Shown: piece by piece, positions 19,401-28,451 of the stretch
Layout: the number at the start of each line of letters is the position of its first letter
Numbering within the stretch: position 1 is the stretch's first letter
Source: Gammaproteobacteria bacterium
Lineage (GTDB): Bacteria > Pseudomonadota > Gammaproteobacteria > Eutrophobiales > Eutrophobiaceae
Length of the DNA: 64,000 bases
Assembly: GCA_965243105.1 (NCBI GenBank)
Contig: CBDEUC010000003.1
Location: 972,793 to 1,036,792 of the forward strand
Reading direction: 5' to 3'
Notes under the pieces: model-generated
Databases searched by the model: none
Told to the model about the DNA's origin: nothing
The model's input: only the letters and a program-made list of their open reading frames with translations
Made by a program: the position numbers and the translations under genes

Positions 19401-21339
19401 TTTTGAAAGTGCTGTAGGCACCATTGGCGCCGCAAATGGTGCAACAACCTGGGCACCTACCTCTAACACTCCGGGACACGTCATCGGCGCACTGGGTGGG
19501 GATGCAATCGCGGATTCTGTTGGTGCAAAAAATGCCACGCCGGAAAACATTGGCTCCGCCATCAATGACGTGAAGAGTCAAATTAACGATGCCATTTCCA
19601 TCGTGCAGGATGCGAAGGACGGTAAGACACCAACGGCTGCCGTAGGCAAGGCCATAGGTCGCATCCTCAAAAACATCTCGGTTGGCAAAATGCGCGAACG
19701 ACAGGCGCAAATGGATGAGTACATTCGTAACATTGGTGCAAATGCCGGTGCAATTGCCTCTTCCATGGCCTTCCTGCAGAAAACCAATAGTCGTCGCTTT
19801 GCCGTAGAAGATGCACTAAAGGCCATTCGCGCTGCGAAAGGTGCGCTAATGGCCTGCATGGTCAAGGCCTGCGGTGCCATGAGTCTGGCCCGTCCAAATG
19901 TCAGCACGAATTTTGATGGTTGGGGCGGGGCACTCAGGCACTTTAATGGTCTTACACGGGGTTTGTTCACCTTGCTCGACGGTACTTTTGCTGTAGAGGA
20001 TCACTGCCCTGGAACGGAAACCGCTATTTCACTTTTCAGTGGTGATGGCATGGGCTCCGGAAACACCAGTGTCATAGGGGCCAACACAAACCTGACGCCG
20101 ACACACGAGGTGACGGCAAAGTGCCCGCGCTGCCAGCCCATCGCTGACAAGCTGGCTGCTAACCTGAGCGAAACCGATTACTGGCGTGCAGAAAAAGCCG
20201 CCATCGAAGAAAAACTTCGCCAGGCCGAAACCCTGCGCCAACGCCGCGGCGTACTGGAAAGTCGTAAGGCCAGTAACCGGCGCTCAATCCAACAATTGAA
20301 CCAGGGGCGGGCAGATTCAAAAGCCTTTGGTTTTTACTGGGGTGGTGGTCTTGCTTTCATGCTGCGACAGGCCGAAGCCAGGGGAAGAGACCTGCAACGG
20401 CAGATAGAAGAAATGTCCCGTGAAATCGACCGCCTTGAAGCAAGGAAGAACGAACTCGAAACTATTGACGCTCGGCTTTCAAAGCTACTGGATGAAAGGC
20501 GCGGTCTGCGAACAGATCTGCGTTATTGCCAGGAACAGTATTGTAAAGATTATGACCAAGACAACGCGGCGGTGGGACGTTTTATTGGTGAAATTTTTGC
20601 CGATGTAGAGTTGGTGGATGTCAAGCATGTGAGCGGCAACAATCCCTACGATCGGCGCGACCCAATCGCACCGGATGCGAACCGCATCGGCATGTCGAAT
20701 CCGGTTTCAGGTATGAGCACGGGAGGAGGCACCGGCGGTACAGGTGGTGGTATGACCGGTGGTGGTGGAGGTGTCATGATGGAACCCACCATCCAGGTAT
20801 TACCCTTTGGCAGCACCTTTATCCCCTTTGATAACCTCAGCCTGGTGGGCCCGGATGCCTGCCCGAGCGATCACTACCATGGCGGAGACGTCATCGCCTG
20901 CGATGGCAGTACTGCCAGTGATCCCGCACCCGGCGTATGTGGTTACGGTACACCCGATGACATCGTGGAAATCCCAGAGTCTTCCTGTACCGATCCCAAT
21001 GCGGGCACCGTGATCCCCATCATGCTGTCAGCATCCATCAATGCCCAGTGTGATGTAAATTCTGGTAATGGTACGAACACACTGAATATCGATGGCACAA
21101 ATTTCTGTAACGTGAGCGGCCCCGCACCCCAGGTGGCAGGGGGCACCCACAACTTCACCTGCCAGGAACACACCCAGGTGACCATTACCGGCACCTGCTC
21201 AACAACCCAGTGTCGGGCGTTTCTCAATTCAACAACGAACCTGGATTGCCCATTTCCCGATGGCGGCTTTTTTGGCGGGACCTTTGGCGACTCCGGCGGC
21301 TATACCGGCACGGTTTCAGAAAACTGCACTTGTGACTAA
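16447..21339 (+). CDS. Large secreted Cys-rich coiled-coil protein of unknown function (1630 aa)
   Basis: Uninterrupted 4.9-kb ORF (alternative ATG 16465) with a signal peptide ending ...QDLQA-DEDD, charged coiled coils, 12 C-x4-C repeats, a Gly-rich linker and a Cys-rich C-terminus. No family recognised. Confidence 0.85.
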   Translation: MAIKFKMLNSIFQVISRTSLVLMLCLLPYPGQDLQADEDDLIEKAEETAEKIKDLIEKYQKAEVNIVKQEVVTIKDTSGNPRDCDMAVFYGNGQQARLTTKDGKFDGNFDHKHNKNVPNKALSVRLSNCECRAIKTKHQVTWLGIDTELEKLKEVLKEEIEEAGKEKAKEYAEKVIQKLAEKVGSGVAAGASSFLSGFKAGADMGAPVGEFITDNINKILDSTVNKNIEAAELNGNAPLYPSVGHAELRGRWGNTFGANPQLRNTWNITVRCGSRVIPPSAASWSNVDDLVKREYRESPAGRQEAADAAAARAEQQAQAQRQREAEAAERRAEAERQAEERKREAERKRREAERKRLYEERQRKLKAKAAEIAKTCTICDPIRNDIKAVQGQIEKTTGEIPDLEQAVTDAEKKADQARNKVKQASQKLTNFRNPSSSATDVESGRTVDSSDLEVRRQASIEAMDRYRDGKQSAQETSEQWEELNDPGVIKDLKEKADKRLEAELQAAQEKSRQADEAVAAAKRKLNAANRKLKELERELKELQAKLEECIKKCKQYSLDIAKGRYTEVGDLMDYSPSFYAQGNTEDTQKETIPQGAKTDPGTATPPAPAANPVGNQDKPVQVGLTCVGFGCSGPVSGFCLGESCNQDVNLNCSGSGCTELVNIVCLDGGCPTVLDYNCNGNSCSSTLDYFCGPAGCQSNPAQGGGFLAGLGDSNPYEFPIKCSGAGCGYEYIGGTCYGSACPETGELSCPGTGCTESIELNCSGNLCDDQFNYDCYGESCSNFLQVNCSGSSCDQLDAFHPSSQPYLTGAAPGGQAILSSGAGVAPTTNASDIKPVVTPRGSSDVIPSSNSDISVLQSAAEKISRNAGACLDADCPKIDCATAATLLQGLIVSEANLDEMYKWLIQASDDAMAHLLSLNENDIITSEQLAQAQDAQALHKYLHDIGSLLLDLASLKEAVDKVKSGEFASGSSAQQLDDVYETLKDFESAVGTIGAANGATTWAPTSNTPGHVIGALGGDAIADSVGAKNATPENIGSAINDVKSQINDAISIVQDAKDGKTPTAAVGKAIGRILKNISVGKMRERQAQMDEYIRNIGANAGAIASSMAFLQKTNSRRFAVEDALKAIRAAKGALMACMVKACGAMSLARPNVSTNFDGWGGALRHFNGLTRGLFTLLDGTFAVEDHCPGTETAISLFSGDGMGSGNTSVIGANTNLTPTHEVTAKCPRCQPIADKLAANLSETDYWRAEKAAIEEKLRQAETLRQRRGVLESRKASNRRSIQQLNQGRADSKAFGFYWGGGLAFMLRQAEARGRDLQRQIEEMSREIDRLEARKNELETIDARLSKLLDERRGLRTDLRYCQEQYCKDYDQDNAAVGRFIGEIFADVELVDVKHVSGNNPYDRRDPIAPDANRIGMSNPVSGMSTGGGTGGTGGGMTGGGGGVMMEPTIQVLPFGSTFIPFDNLSLVGPDACPSDHYHGGDVIACDGSTASDPAPGVCGYGTPDDIVEIPESSCTDPNAGTVIPIMLSASINAQCDVNSGNGTNTLNIDGTNFCNVSGPAPQVAGGTHNFTCQEHTQVTITGTCSTTQCRAFLNSTTNLDCPFPDGGFFGGTFGDSGGYTGTVSENCTCD

Positions 21340-21342
21340 ATA

Positions 21343-21882
21343 ATGAATATATTAAAGACACCAGGCAGACAGGGAACGGCGCTCATCATGGCGTTCCTTG
21401 TACTGTTAAGCACCGTCTATCTCGTCGGTGACAGGGTCGAGGCCAGGCAATTTCGACAGGTCGTACCCATTGCCACCCCGCACAAACTGAAATCCACTCT
21501 TCCCGACGGTGCAAAGGCGATTGAAAATCCCCGGCAGCTTGGCCGCGCCGAAGTGACTTCAGCTGTCAACCAGGTCCTTTCAAAGTGGAATACGGGTGAA
21601 CTTGACCAGACCCTGTCTGATCAATTTTTCGACAGGACGAGATTAACAGATGCGGTGGATAATGTTGTACCAAGAGATGCGACACTACGCTTGCAATCCG
21701 TACAGGGTATCCAGACTCTGCAGCAGTACATCATGCCGGGTGACGCCGGTGACAGTCGCGTCAGTATCGTCTCGGCCACCGTGCGAACTCAGTTGGAATA
21801 CAACGATCCCGAATCCGGTTATGTCGCTGTCCCCGGTGTGAATGAATTCATCCTGAAAGTCACGGAGAAACCGGGTAACTAG
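21343..21882 (+). CDS. Exported hypothetical protein
   Basis: Starts 3 bp after the giant ORF; hydrophobic N-terminal signal/TM segment ending VEA. Confidence 0.75.
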   Translation: MNILKTPGRQGTALIMAFLVLLSTVYLVGDRVEARQFRQVVPIATPHKLKSTLPDGAKAIENPRQLGRAEVTSAVNQVLSKWNTGELDQTLSDQFFDRTRLTDAVDNVVPRDATLRLQSVQGIQTLQQYIMPGDAGDSRVSIVSATVRTQLEYNDPESGYVAVPGVNEFILKVTEKPGN

Positions 21883-21890
21883 GAAATGAT

Positions 21891-24083
21891 GTGATGAGCC
21901 GTCTATTTAAGTCTTTCCTAATCGTACTGCCATTCCTGCTCGGCACGGCCGTAGCGCAGGCTGCCGACTGGAGTATTGATGGCAGCAATACCCTTCGCGG
22001 CAGCGTCTACGATGCCAGCGGAGCCGGTAGTGGTAGTCCCTACCCCTTTGAAGGGGATATGTACTTCGATGAGATCAGCATATTTTTTGACAAGCGGGAA
22101 TCCCCTTATTCGTCCTGGGAAGGGGAATTTACTGGCTTATACAATGTAAACGACGACTATCGCTCAGGTGATTTTGGCATGGTGCCCGAGCGCATGAACC
22201 TGACCCGTGAAAACGGTGAAGGCGCATTGCCCTATCGTGCAGAGGTGGGGGACTTCTTTGCCTACTACAGCTTCATGACAATGCAGCGTTCCCTCAAAGG
22301 TGTGCAGCTTGAATTCCAGCCCTTTGGCAGCGACACTCGCCAGCACTCGTTTATCGTAACCTCCGGTGCCAACGAAAGTAACTGGCGCGATCTCACTTTC
22401 CAGGATGATTACTTCAACGGTGCGTCCTGGCTCATGCAGGACAGCAGGCTGGGAAGTTGGAGCATCAATTTCAGTCATAACTTTCGCGATAACTCTTTCA
22501 AGGCCGGCACCCTTGACCGTAACCAGTTTGTCACCAGTATTTCCGGCGAACTACCCTTTCAGCTCGGTTCGCACAACATTAATATTGAGTCCGAGATTGC
22601 CCATTTTAACGGTGATCATGACGGGCTTGCCGGTGCAGCCAGCGGCCAGGAAAGGGCCGACAATGGTTACCTGGTGGAAATGCGAGGTAACCACAGCAGC
22701 ATGCCCTGGGATTACCGTTTTCGCTTTGAGCATTACGGGCAGGATTTCAGACCCCGTGGCGCGGTCGTGAGTCCCGACCGCCGCTCCTTTGAACTGCACA
22801 GCGGCTGGCGATTTCAGTCCGGCCTGCGTCTTCGCGCCAGGGCGCAGCTGTTCCAGGATTCCTACGAAACCAATAACCGCCTGCGTACCCGCACCTACGG
22901 TATTAATTTAACCGGGCCGTTCATGCAGCGATTTTATCCCGGGCTGAGTGGTCGCCTGGACGCCTACATACAAAACCGCGACAACGCACTGACAACCGTC
23001 AGCACCATTAACCACACCGTACGTCTTAACCTTAACGCACCCCTGCCAAACGAGTGGAATGGTCGTGTAGGACTATTCGTGCAAAACCTTCGGAATCGAC
23101 TGGGAAGATCCGGTGACATTCTCACCAGGGAACTCATCCTTGGACTTGATCGAAGAATACGCTTTAACGGCTGGGATGCATTTATCTCGCCAGGCTTTGC
23201 CTATCGCACAAACCGTAAGGGCAACAGCGACAACAATGAAGTACGCCCGGCGTTTTCCATGCGCATGCAGCGTGACGCGCACTCGATGAACATGAGCTAT
23301 GGTTCGCGCGTGCAGGATCGCAGGACTGCCTTCAACGGTATTGACGTGACTACACACAACTTCAACCTGGATTACCGCTACCAGTTTCGCCAGCACCTGG
23401 TCGGGCTTGAAGCCAATGTACAGGGGCGCGATCCGCAGCCGGGTGATTCAACAGAGGCCTGGCGCATATCCGCCTTCTGGACCATGGAGTTTGATCGCCC
23501 AGCTCGCGCGCCCGCGACTTTTCAACGTAATGCGCAAATCGACTCAACAGCAACGGCGACGCGGGATTCACGCCTGCCTGTTATCGATATTGCTTCCCTC
23601 GGCCCGCGCAGGGCTGCCGATAGCGTGCTTGCCGCGCTCGAGAATGCCGGCCTGAGTAATGCCAGCAGGCAGGCAGGGTACATGGTTTATGAACACAGTA
23701 TTTACCCTGATGTGTTCAGGCGACAGCGCCTGGCGCTTGAGTTTACCGCGGGTGTACTACAGGAATCCGGCATCATTATCGATTTTGACAACGTTGGTGA
23801 CAGGGACAGCAATGCGCAGACATACGAGCGCATCAGGCAATTGTTGATTCGCTCACTGGGTAATCCCACGCGAACCTTTGAAGAGGGCGATTTTACTGCC
23901 CGTCTTGCTGACGATGTGAATGGCGAAAGGTTTATTCGAATCACCGAGTGGAAAACCGACGACGGCACGGTACGCTTTGGTATACCGCGTCGTCTCGATG
24001 GCCAGGTGAGAATGGAAATACAGCACGGCACGACATTTGGTCCGCCGCGTGACACCCTGTGGTCCATCGAGCAGGTACGCTAG
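21891..24083 (+). CDS. Putative outer-membrane beta-barrel protein with C-terminal soluble domain
   Basis: Signal peptide ...AVAQA; many alternating aromatic amphipathic strands up to AWRISAFWTMEF, then a linker and a ~170-aa domain. Confidence 0.7.
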   Translation: MMSRLFKSFLIVLPFLLGTAVAQAADWSIDGSNTLRGSVYDASGAGSGSPYPFEGDMYFDEISIFFDKRESPYSSWEGEFTGLYNVNDDYRSGDFGMVPERMNLTRENGEGALPYRAEVGDFFAYYSFMTMQRSLKGVQLEFQPFGSDTRQHSFIVTSGANESNWRDLTFQDDYFNGASWLMQDSRLGSWSINFSHNFRDNSFKAGTLDRNQFVTSISGELPFQLGSHNINIESEIAHFNGDHDGLAGAASGQERADNGYLVEMRGNHSSMPWDYRFRFEHYGQDFRPRGAVVSPDRRSFELHSGWRFQSGLRLRARAQLFQDSYETNNRLRTRTYGINLTGPFMQRFYPGLSGRLDAYIQNRDNALTTVSTINHTVRLNLNAPLPNEWNGRVGLFVQNLRNRLGRSGDILTRELILGLDRRIRFNGWDAFISPGFAYRTNRKGNSDNNEVRPAFSMRMQRDAHSMNMSYGSRVQDRRTAFNGIDVTTHNFNLDYRYQFRQHLVGLEANVQGRDPQPGDSTEAWRISAFWTMEFDRPARAPATFQRNAQIDSTATATRDSRLPVIDIASLGPRRAADSVLAALENAGLSNASRQAGYMVYEHSIYPDVFRRQRLALEFTAGVLQESGIIIDFDNVGDRDSNAQTYERIRQLLIRSLGNPTRTFEEGDFTARLADDVNGERFIRITEWKTDDGTVRFGIPRRLDGQVRMEIQHGTTFGPPRDTLWSIEQVR

Positions 24084-24212
24084 CCGGCGCCTCGAAATTT
24101 CCCTATTTATCAAAGATTCCTTATACTTGCCGGCCTTTCTTGTTCAGTAAAACCTTGCCGGGCTTTGAATTTGGTAGACTGGTGATTTACTGAATGATTG
24201 TAGTAAAACCTT

Positions 24213-24297
24213 GCCGGGGTGGCGGAATTGGTAGACGCGCCGGATTCAAAATCCGGTTTCTTCGGAAGTGCGAGTTCGATTCTCGCCCTCGGCACCA
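24213..24297 (+). tRNA. tRNA-Leu (anticodon CAA)
   Basis: Acceptor stem GCCGGGG/CCTCGGC, D-arm GGAATTGGTAGAC, anticodon arm CCGGA-TTCAAAA-TCCGG, long variable arm, T-loop GTTCGATTC, encoded CCA. Confidence 0.96.
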
Positions 24298-24336
24298 AGC
24301 ATCTAAGTCCTTGTAAACCCTGTATCGTGAAATGTA

Positions 24337-25692
24337 ATGAACTCTCAAGCTGACACGACTTTGAACCAGGAAGGGCGCTGGGATCAGCAGCGACTGCGCT
24401 CTCTCGTGCAAGACAAGCGAGTGCACCGCGACGTCTATTCGAATAAAGACGTATTTGCACTGGAGATGGAAAGGATCTGGAGCAAGGCCTGGATTTATGT
24501 CGGGCATGAAAGCCAGGTAAAAGAACCCGGCGACTACATCACCACTACCATTGGCCTGACCCCGGTCATCATGGTGCGGGATCCCAACGGAGAGGATATT
24601 CACGTACTGAAAAACCGCTGCGGTCATCGCGGCGCCATGGTGTGTGAAGCACGCTGGGGCAAGACCAACCAGGGCATGTTCCAGTGTCCCTACCACGGCT
24701 GGACCTTTCGAGCTGACGGCAGCCTGCGTTCCTACCCGGCACCGGGTGGCTACAAGGATGTCGGTTTTGACAGGAACAACCCGGAATACGGCATGCAACC
24801 CGTGGCGAGAGTTGAACGTTATCGCGGTTTTGTTTTTGCGTCTCTTTCAAGCAGTGGCCAGGACTTCAAGAGCTTCGCCGGACGCGTTGCAGAAACCATC
24901 GACAACATGGTGGACAGGGCTCCCGAGGGCGAAGTGGAAGTCACCGGCAAAACATGTCACCGCTTTCGTCACCCGGCCAACTGGAAATTTTTCACGGAAA
25001 ACCTGCACGATGCCATGCATCCCATGATTGCACACGGCGCTACCACCGACGCCGTGCACCGCTACGTGCAGACCCTCGCCGATGACCATGAGCCGCTACC
25101 GGAAGCCGAGGTCATTGCACCTTTTGGCGGTTCCTACGACTTTTTTGACAACATGGGATTTACCGGTCTGCCCAACGGTCATGGTTTCATGGGCGGCAAG
25201 TCCAGCATCCTGTCCCATTACGAGGCCTACCCCGATTACCTTGAAAGCATGTATGCCGCCTACGGAAAGGATCGAACCCAGGATATTCTTTCAGCAAACC
25301 GTCACAACACGCTGCTCTATCCTTCATGCACCATTCGCGACAACATCCAGTCGATTCGCGTGGTGATACCGCTTTCTGTCAACGAAACGATCATTGAATC
25401 ATGGACTTTCAGGCTCAAGGGCGCACCATCAAATATGCTGGAGCGAACACTGCGATACTCCCGCCTGATAAATTCTCCAGGCTCCATGGTGGGCCCGGAT
25501 GACCTGAGCTGCTATGTGAGGATCCAGAAAAGCGCGGAAGCGGGCTCCATAGAATGGATCGATGCCCATCGACATCATGGCAGGCAGGAAAACTCGGAAG
25601 ACGGCATAACCACCACTGGCACCAGTGACTTTGCCCTGCTAAACCAGTACCGGGCATGGGTCGATTACATGACGGCGGACAGCCAGTCATGA
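24337..25692 (+). CDS. Rieske aromatic ring-hydroxylating oxygenase, alpha subunit
   Basis: Rieske ligands CGHRG...CPYHGW; mononuclear Fe motif NWK...EN..DAMH....H and a downstream GPDD. Confidence 0.92.
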   Translation: MNSQADTTLNQEGRWDQQRLRSLVQDKRVHRDVYSNKDVFALEMERIWSKAWIYVGHESQVKEPGDYITTTIGLTPVIMVRDPNGEDIHVLKNRCGHRGAMVCEARWGKTNQGMFQCPYHGWTFRADGSLRSYPAPGGYKDVGFDRNNPEYGMQPVARVERYRGFVFASLSSSGQDFKSFAGRVAETIDNMVDRAPEGEVEVTGKTCHRFRHPANWKFFTENLHDAMHPMIAHGATTDAVHRYVQTLADDHEPLPEAEVIAPFGGSYDFFDNMGFTGLPNGHGFMGGKSSILSHYEAYPDYLESMYAAYGKDRTQDILSANRHNTLLYPSCTIRDNIQSIRVVIPLSVNETIIESWTFRLKGAPSNMLERTLRYSRLINSPGSMVGPDDLSCYVRIQKSAEAGSIEWIDAHRHHGRQENSEDGITTTGTSDFALLNQYRAWVDYMTADSQS

Positions 25693-26177
25693 CGACGACC
25701 CTGGCCGACGACGTCGTCGAACAGGTGCAGCAGCTGGTCAGGCTGGAAACGCGCTACCTGAACAATTCTGACCTGGACAGCTGGATCGCGCTTTTTGCCG
25801 ATGATGGTTACTACTGGATGCCGCTTGAAGAAGCCCAGCAGGATCCGGAAAGTCATGACTCCCTGGTCTATGACAACAAGACATTGATGGAGATTCGCAA
25901 GAATAACCTCGGGCATCCCCTGTCACCGTCCATGCAACACCCGGTGCGCTCAGTGAGGATGCTTTCCGATATCGACGTTAGCCGTGATGAACATAGCGAT
26001 GACATTATCGTTAACGCTGCTGTGATTGCCGTGATCAATCATAGCCAGCAAAACTATTACGCGGGCAAGGTAAGCTACCGCATTCGAAACAGTGACGCCG
26101 GCTACAGGATACAGTGCAAGCGGGTTGACCTGATCAATGCCGACGCGCCCCTCGACATCATCATGATGTATATTTAA
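25689..26177 (+). CDS. Ring-hydroxylating oxygenase, beta subunit
   Basis: E.RYL....L..W..LFA.DG.YWMP and KRVDLIN motifs; ATGA overlap with the alpha subunit. Confidence 0.88.
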   Translation: MTTTLADDVVEQVQQLVRLETRYLNNSDLDSWIALFADDGYYWMPLEEAQQDPESHDSLVYDNKTLMEIRKNNLGHPLSPSMQHPVRSVRMLSDIDVSRDEHSDDIIVNAAVIAVINHSQQNYYAGKVSYRIRNSDAGYRIQCKRVDLINADAPLDIIMMYI

Positions 26178-26216
26178 CCCACTTCTTTATTTCCAAAAAC
26201 AGGAAAAATCATTCAA

Positions 26217-26435
26217 GTGAAAAAAGAAAACAAGGCAGCCTTGATATCCGGAATAATCGGCGCGGTCATGGGGTTTCTCATGTCTTTCCTGGCCAACTAT
26301 TTCGTGGTCCCCTACCCGGAGACCGTGGTTCAAAATGCCATTGGTAATGGCATCAGTGGCTTGATGAGTGGCTTCATGGGTGGCTTCATGGGCCTGTTCA
26401 TGCACTTCAAGACTGCTGCGAAAAACGAAGAGTAA
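26217..26435 (+). CDS. Small two-helix membrane protein
   Basis: 72 aa with two Gly-rich hydrophobic helices (GxxxG-like); AGGA RBS upstream. Confidence 0.6.
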   Translation: MKKENKAALISGIIGAVMGFLMSFLANYFVVPYPETVVQNAIGNGISGLMSGFMGGFMGLFMHFKTAAKNEE

Positions 26436-27041
26436 TCAGTGATGAGACCAGTCGGTCTCATCATCAGAATTTCCGGGAGATAATCCAAGAATATCCCCCT
26501 CGGTCGATGCCCCCAGTCCCAGCACCGTTCGATTGGCATAGTTAAAGTAGGCACAGACCTGGTTTATTTCCAGGATCTCGCCATCATCAAACCCGCTATC
26601 ACGCAGTGTTTCAATCACCTCTTCGCTGATTTTTGCAGGCTCAAGCGTCAGGGCCCTGGCGTAGTTCATTGCAGCGCACTCTCGCTCATCCAGCAGTCCG
26701 GAAAAGTCTTCACCCTGCATGGCATTTCGAATTGAAGTTGCCCTTAAGTCATCCTTCAATAATCGCCGTAGTCCCTGGAAATGATGCTCGACGCAGTAAT
26801 CACAATTGTTGAGAAGACTCACATAAACACCGAGGGTTTCCAGGAACCACTTTGGCAGGGTATTGCCCGAGTGATGCAACACGTTCTTGTAGATTGCCAT
26901 GTGCCCTTCCATGCTGTGTGGCCTCAGGCTATGTAACATCATGATGTTGTCCACGTTGTTATCCGGCCCCTTTACCCTGTCATAAAGTTTCTTCAGCCGG
27001 CCTGTGGCCTGCTGGTAACTCACGGTCTTGATCCAGCTCAT
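26436..27041 (-). CDS. AhpD/carboxymuconolactone decarboxylase-family peroxidase-related protein
   Basis: VS..N.CDYC..HH and YFNYANR motifs. Confidence 0.85.
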   Translation of the reverse strand: MSWIKTVSYQQATGRLKKLYDRVKGPDNNVDNIMMLHSLRPHSMEGHMAIYKNVLHHSGNTLPKWFLETLGVYVSLLNNCDYCVEHHFQGLRRLLKDDLRATSIRNAMQGEDFSGLLDERECAAMNYARALTLEPAKISEEVIETLRDSGFDDGEILEINQVCAYFNYANRTVLGLGASTEGDILGLSPGNSDDETDWSHH

Positions 27042-27124
27042 GTTTAGCTACCCCTGCGTTTAATGACTTATTATGAATACGATGTTACTTTGCAAAGCAC
27101 TATCGTTCAAAAACGGGATGGTCA

Positions 27125-28447
27125 ATGCAACAATTCCTGCAAAGCTACTTTGCCATCGAGGAACGCAATAGCTCGCTTCGCACAGAAGTGATTGCCGGTT
27201 TCACTACCTTCCTCGCCATGGTTTACTCGGTGATCGTGGTTCCCGGTATGCTGGGTAGCGTTGGCTTTGACCCGGCCAGCGTATTCCTGGCAACCTGCCT
27301 TGTCAGCGGTATCGGGTCACTGTTACTGGGTAGCTGGGCCAGGCTACCCATGGCCATTGGCTGCGCAATTTCCCTGACTGCCTTTGTCGCCTTCAGCCTT
27401 GTGCTGGGCCAGGGCCTTGATATTGAAACTGCGCTGGGTGCAGTTTTTGTCATGGGCGTGGTCTTTACCCTGGTCAGCCTGAGTGGCCTGAGACAACTGA
27501 TCATGGACAGTTTTCCACTGGGTATCGCGCACGGTACCGGCATCGGTATCGGCCTGTTTCTTTTTCTTATCGCCGCCAACAGCATTGAACTCGTGGTGGC
27601 CAATGAAAATGGCTTACCGGTCAGGTTTGGTGAACTGGCTACCCTGCCGGTGATCTCCGCCATTATCGGTCTTGCCCTGGTACTTGCCCTGGAAGCGCGA
27701 CGTGTGACCGGTAGCATCCTTATCGTGATTGTCGGCCTGTCGATTTTTGGCCTGCTGTTTGACGCCAACGTGAAGTTCCAGGGAGTCGTCGCGCTGCCGT
27801 CTTTTGCCTCGGAGCAATCACACTTTTTCAAAATGGATATCAAGGCCGCCATCCAGCCGGCGATGATACCGGTGGTCATTGCGCTCGTGATGACCTCCAT
27901 GTTTGACGCCACCGGTACCATCAGGGCTGTTGCTGACCAGGCAAAGCTGGTGAACGGCAAGGGGCAAATTGAAAATGCTAACCAGGCCTTCCTGTCGGAC
28001 TCTATCAGCAGCGCGTTTTCAGGCCTGCTTGGCAGTGCGCCTGCCGCGGTCTATATCGAGTCAGCTGCAGGCACCGCCGCAGGTGGCAAAACCGGTCTCA
28101 GTGCCTGCGTGGTTGGTGTGCTGTTCCTGCTGATCATGTTCCTGGCACCGCTCAGCTACCTGGTTCCCGCCTACGCCACGGCCCCCGCACTGATGTACGT
28201 GGGTCTTTTAATGCTTTCAAATGTAAGGAAGCTGGACTTTGAAGACAGCGTCGATGCCATGTCAGGGCTTACCTGCGCCGTGGCCATCGTGCTCAGCGCC
28301 AATATCGTTACCGGCATGACAGTCGGCTTCAGTACCTACATGCTCGGACGCATCTTCAGCGGGGAGTGGTCAAAACTCGGCATCGGCGTGAGCCTGGTGA
28401 CAGTTGCACTGGTGATTTTCTACCTGGGTGGCTGGGCTATCCAGTAA
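27125..28447 (+). CDS. NCS2/AzgA-family purine permease (GhxP-like)
   Basis: [53 protein letters not shown]. Confidence 0.9.
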   Translation: MQQFLQSYFAIEERNSSLRTEVIAGFTTFLAMVYSVIVVPGMLGSVGFDPASVFLATCLVSGIGSLLLGSWARLPMAIGCAISLTAFVAFSLVLGQGLDIETALGAVFVMGVVFTLVSLSGLRQLIMDSFPLGIAHGTGIGIGLFLFLIAANSIELVVANENGLPVRFGELATLPVISAIIGLALVLALEARRVTGSILIVIVGLSIFGLLFDANVKFQGVVALPSFASEQSHFFKMDIKAAIQPAMIPVVIALVMTSMFDATGTIRAVADQAKLVNGKGQIENANQAFLSDSISSAFSGLLGSAPAAVYIESAAGTAAGGKTGLSACVVGVLFLLIMFLAPLSYLVPAYATAPALMYVGLLMLSNVRKLDFEDSVDAMSGLTCAVAIVLSANIVTGMTVGFSTYMLGRIFSGEWSKLGIGVSLVTVALVIFYLGGWAIQ

Positions 28448-28451
28448 GTGC

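Noticed and set aside
24110-24798. Minus-strand ORFs of 116 and 203 aa
   Set aside because: They overlap the tRNA and the Rieske alpha gene in antisense; spurious.
27223-27960. 245-aa antisense ORF
   Set aside because: Shadow of the NCS2 permease on the opposite strand, with no protein-like motifs.
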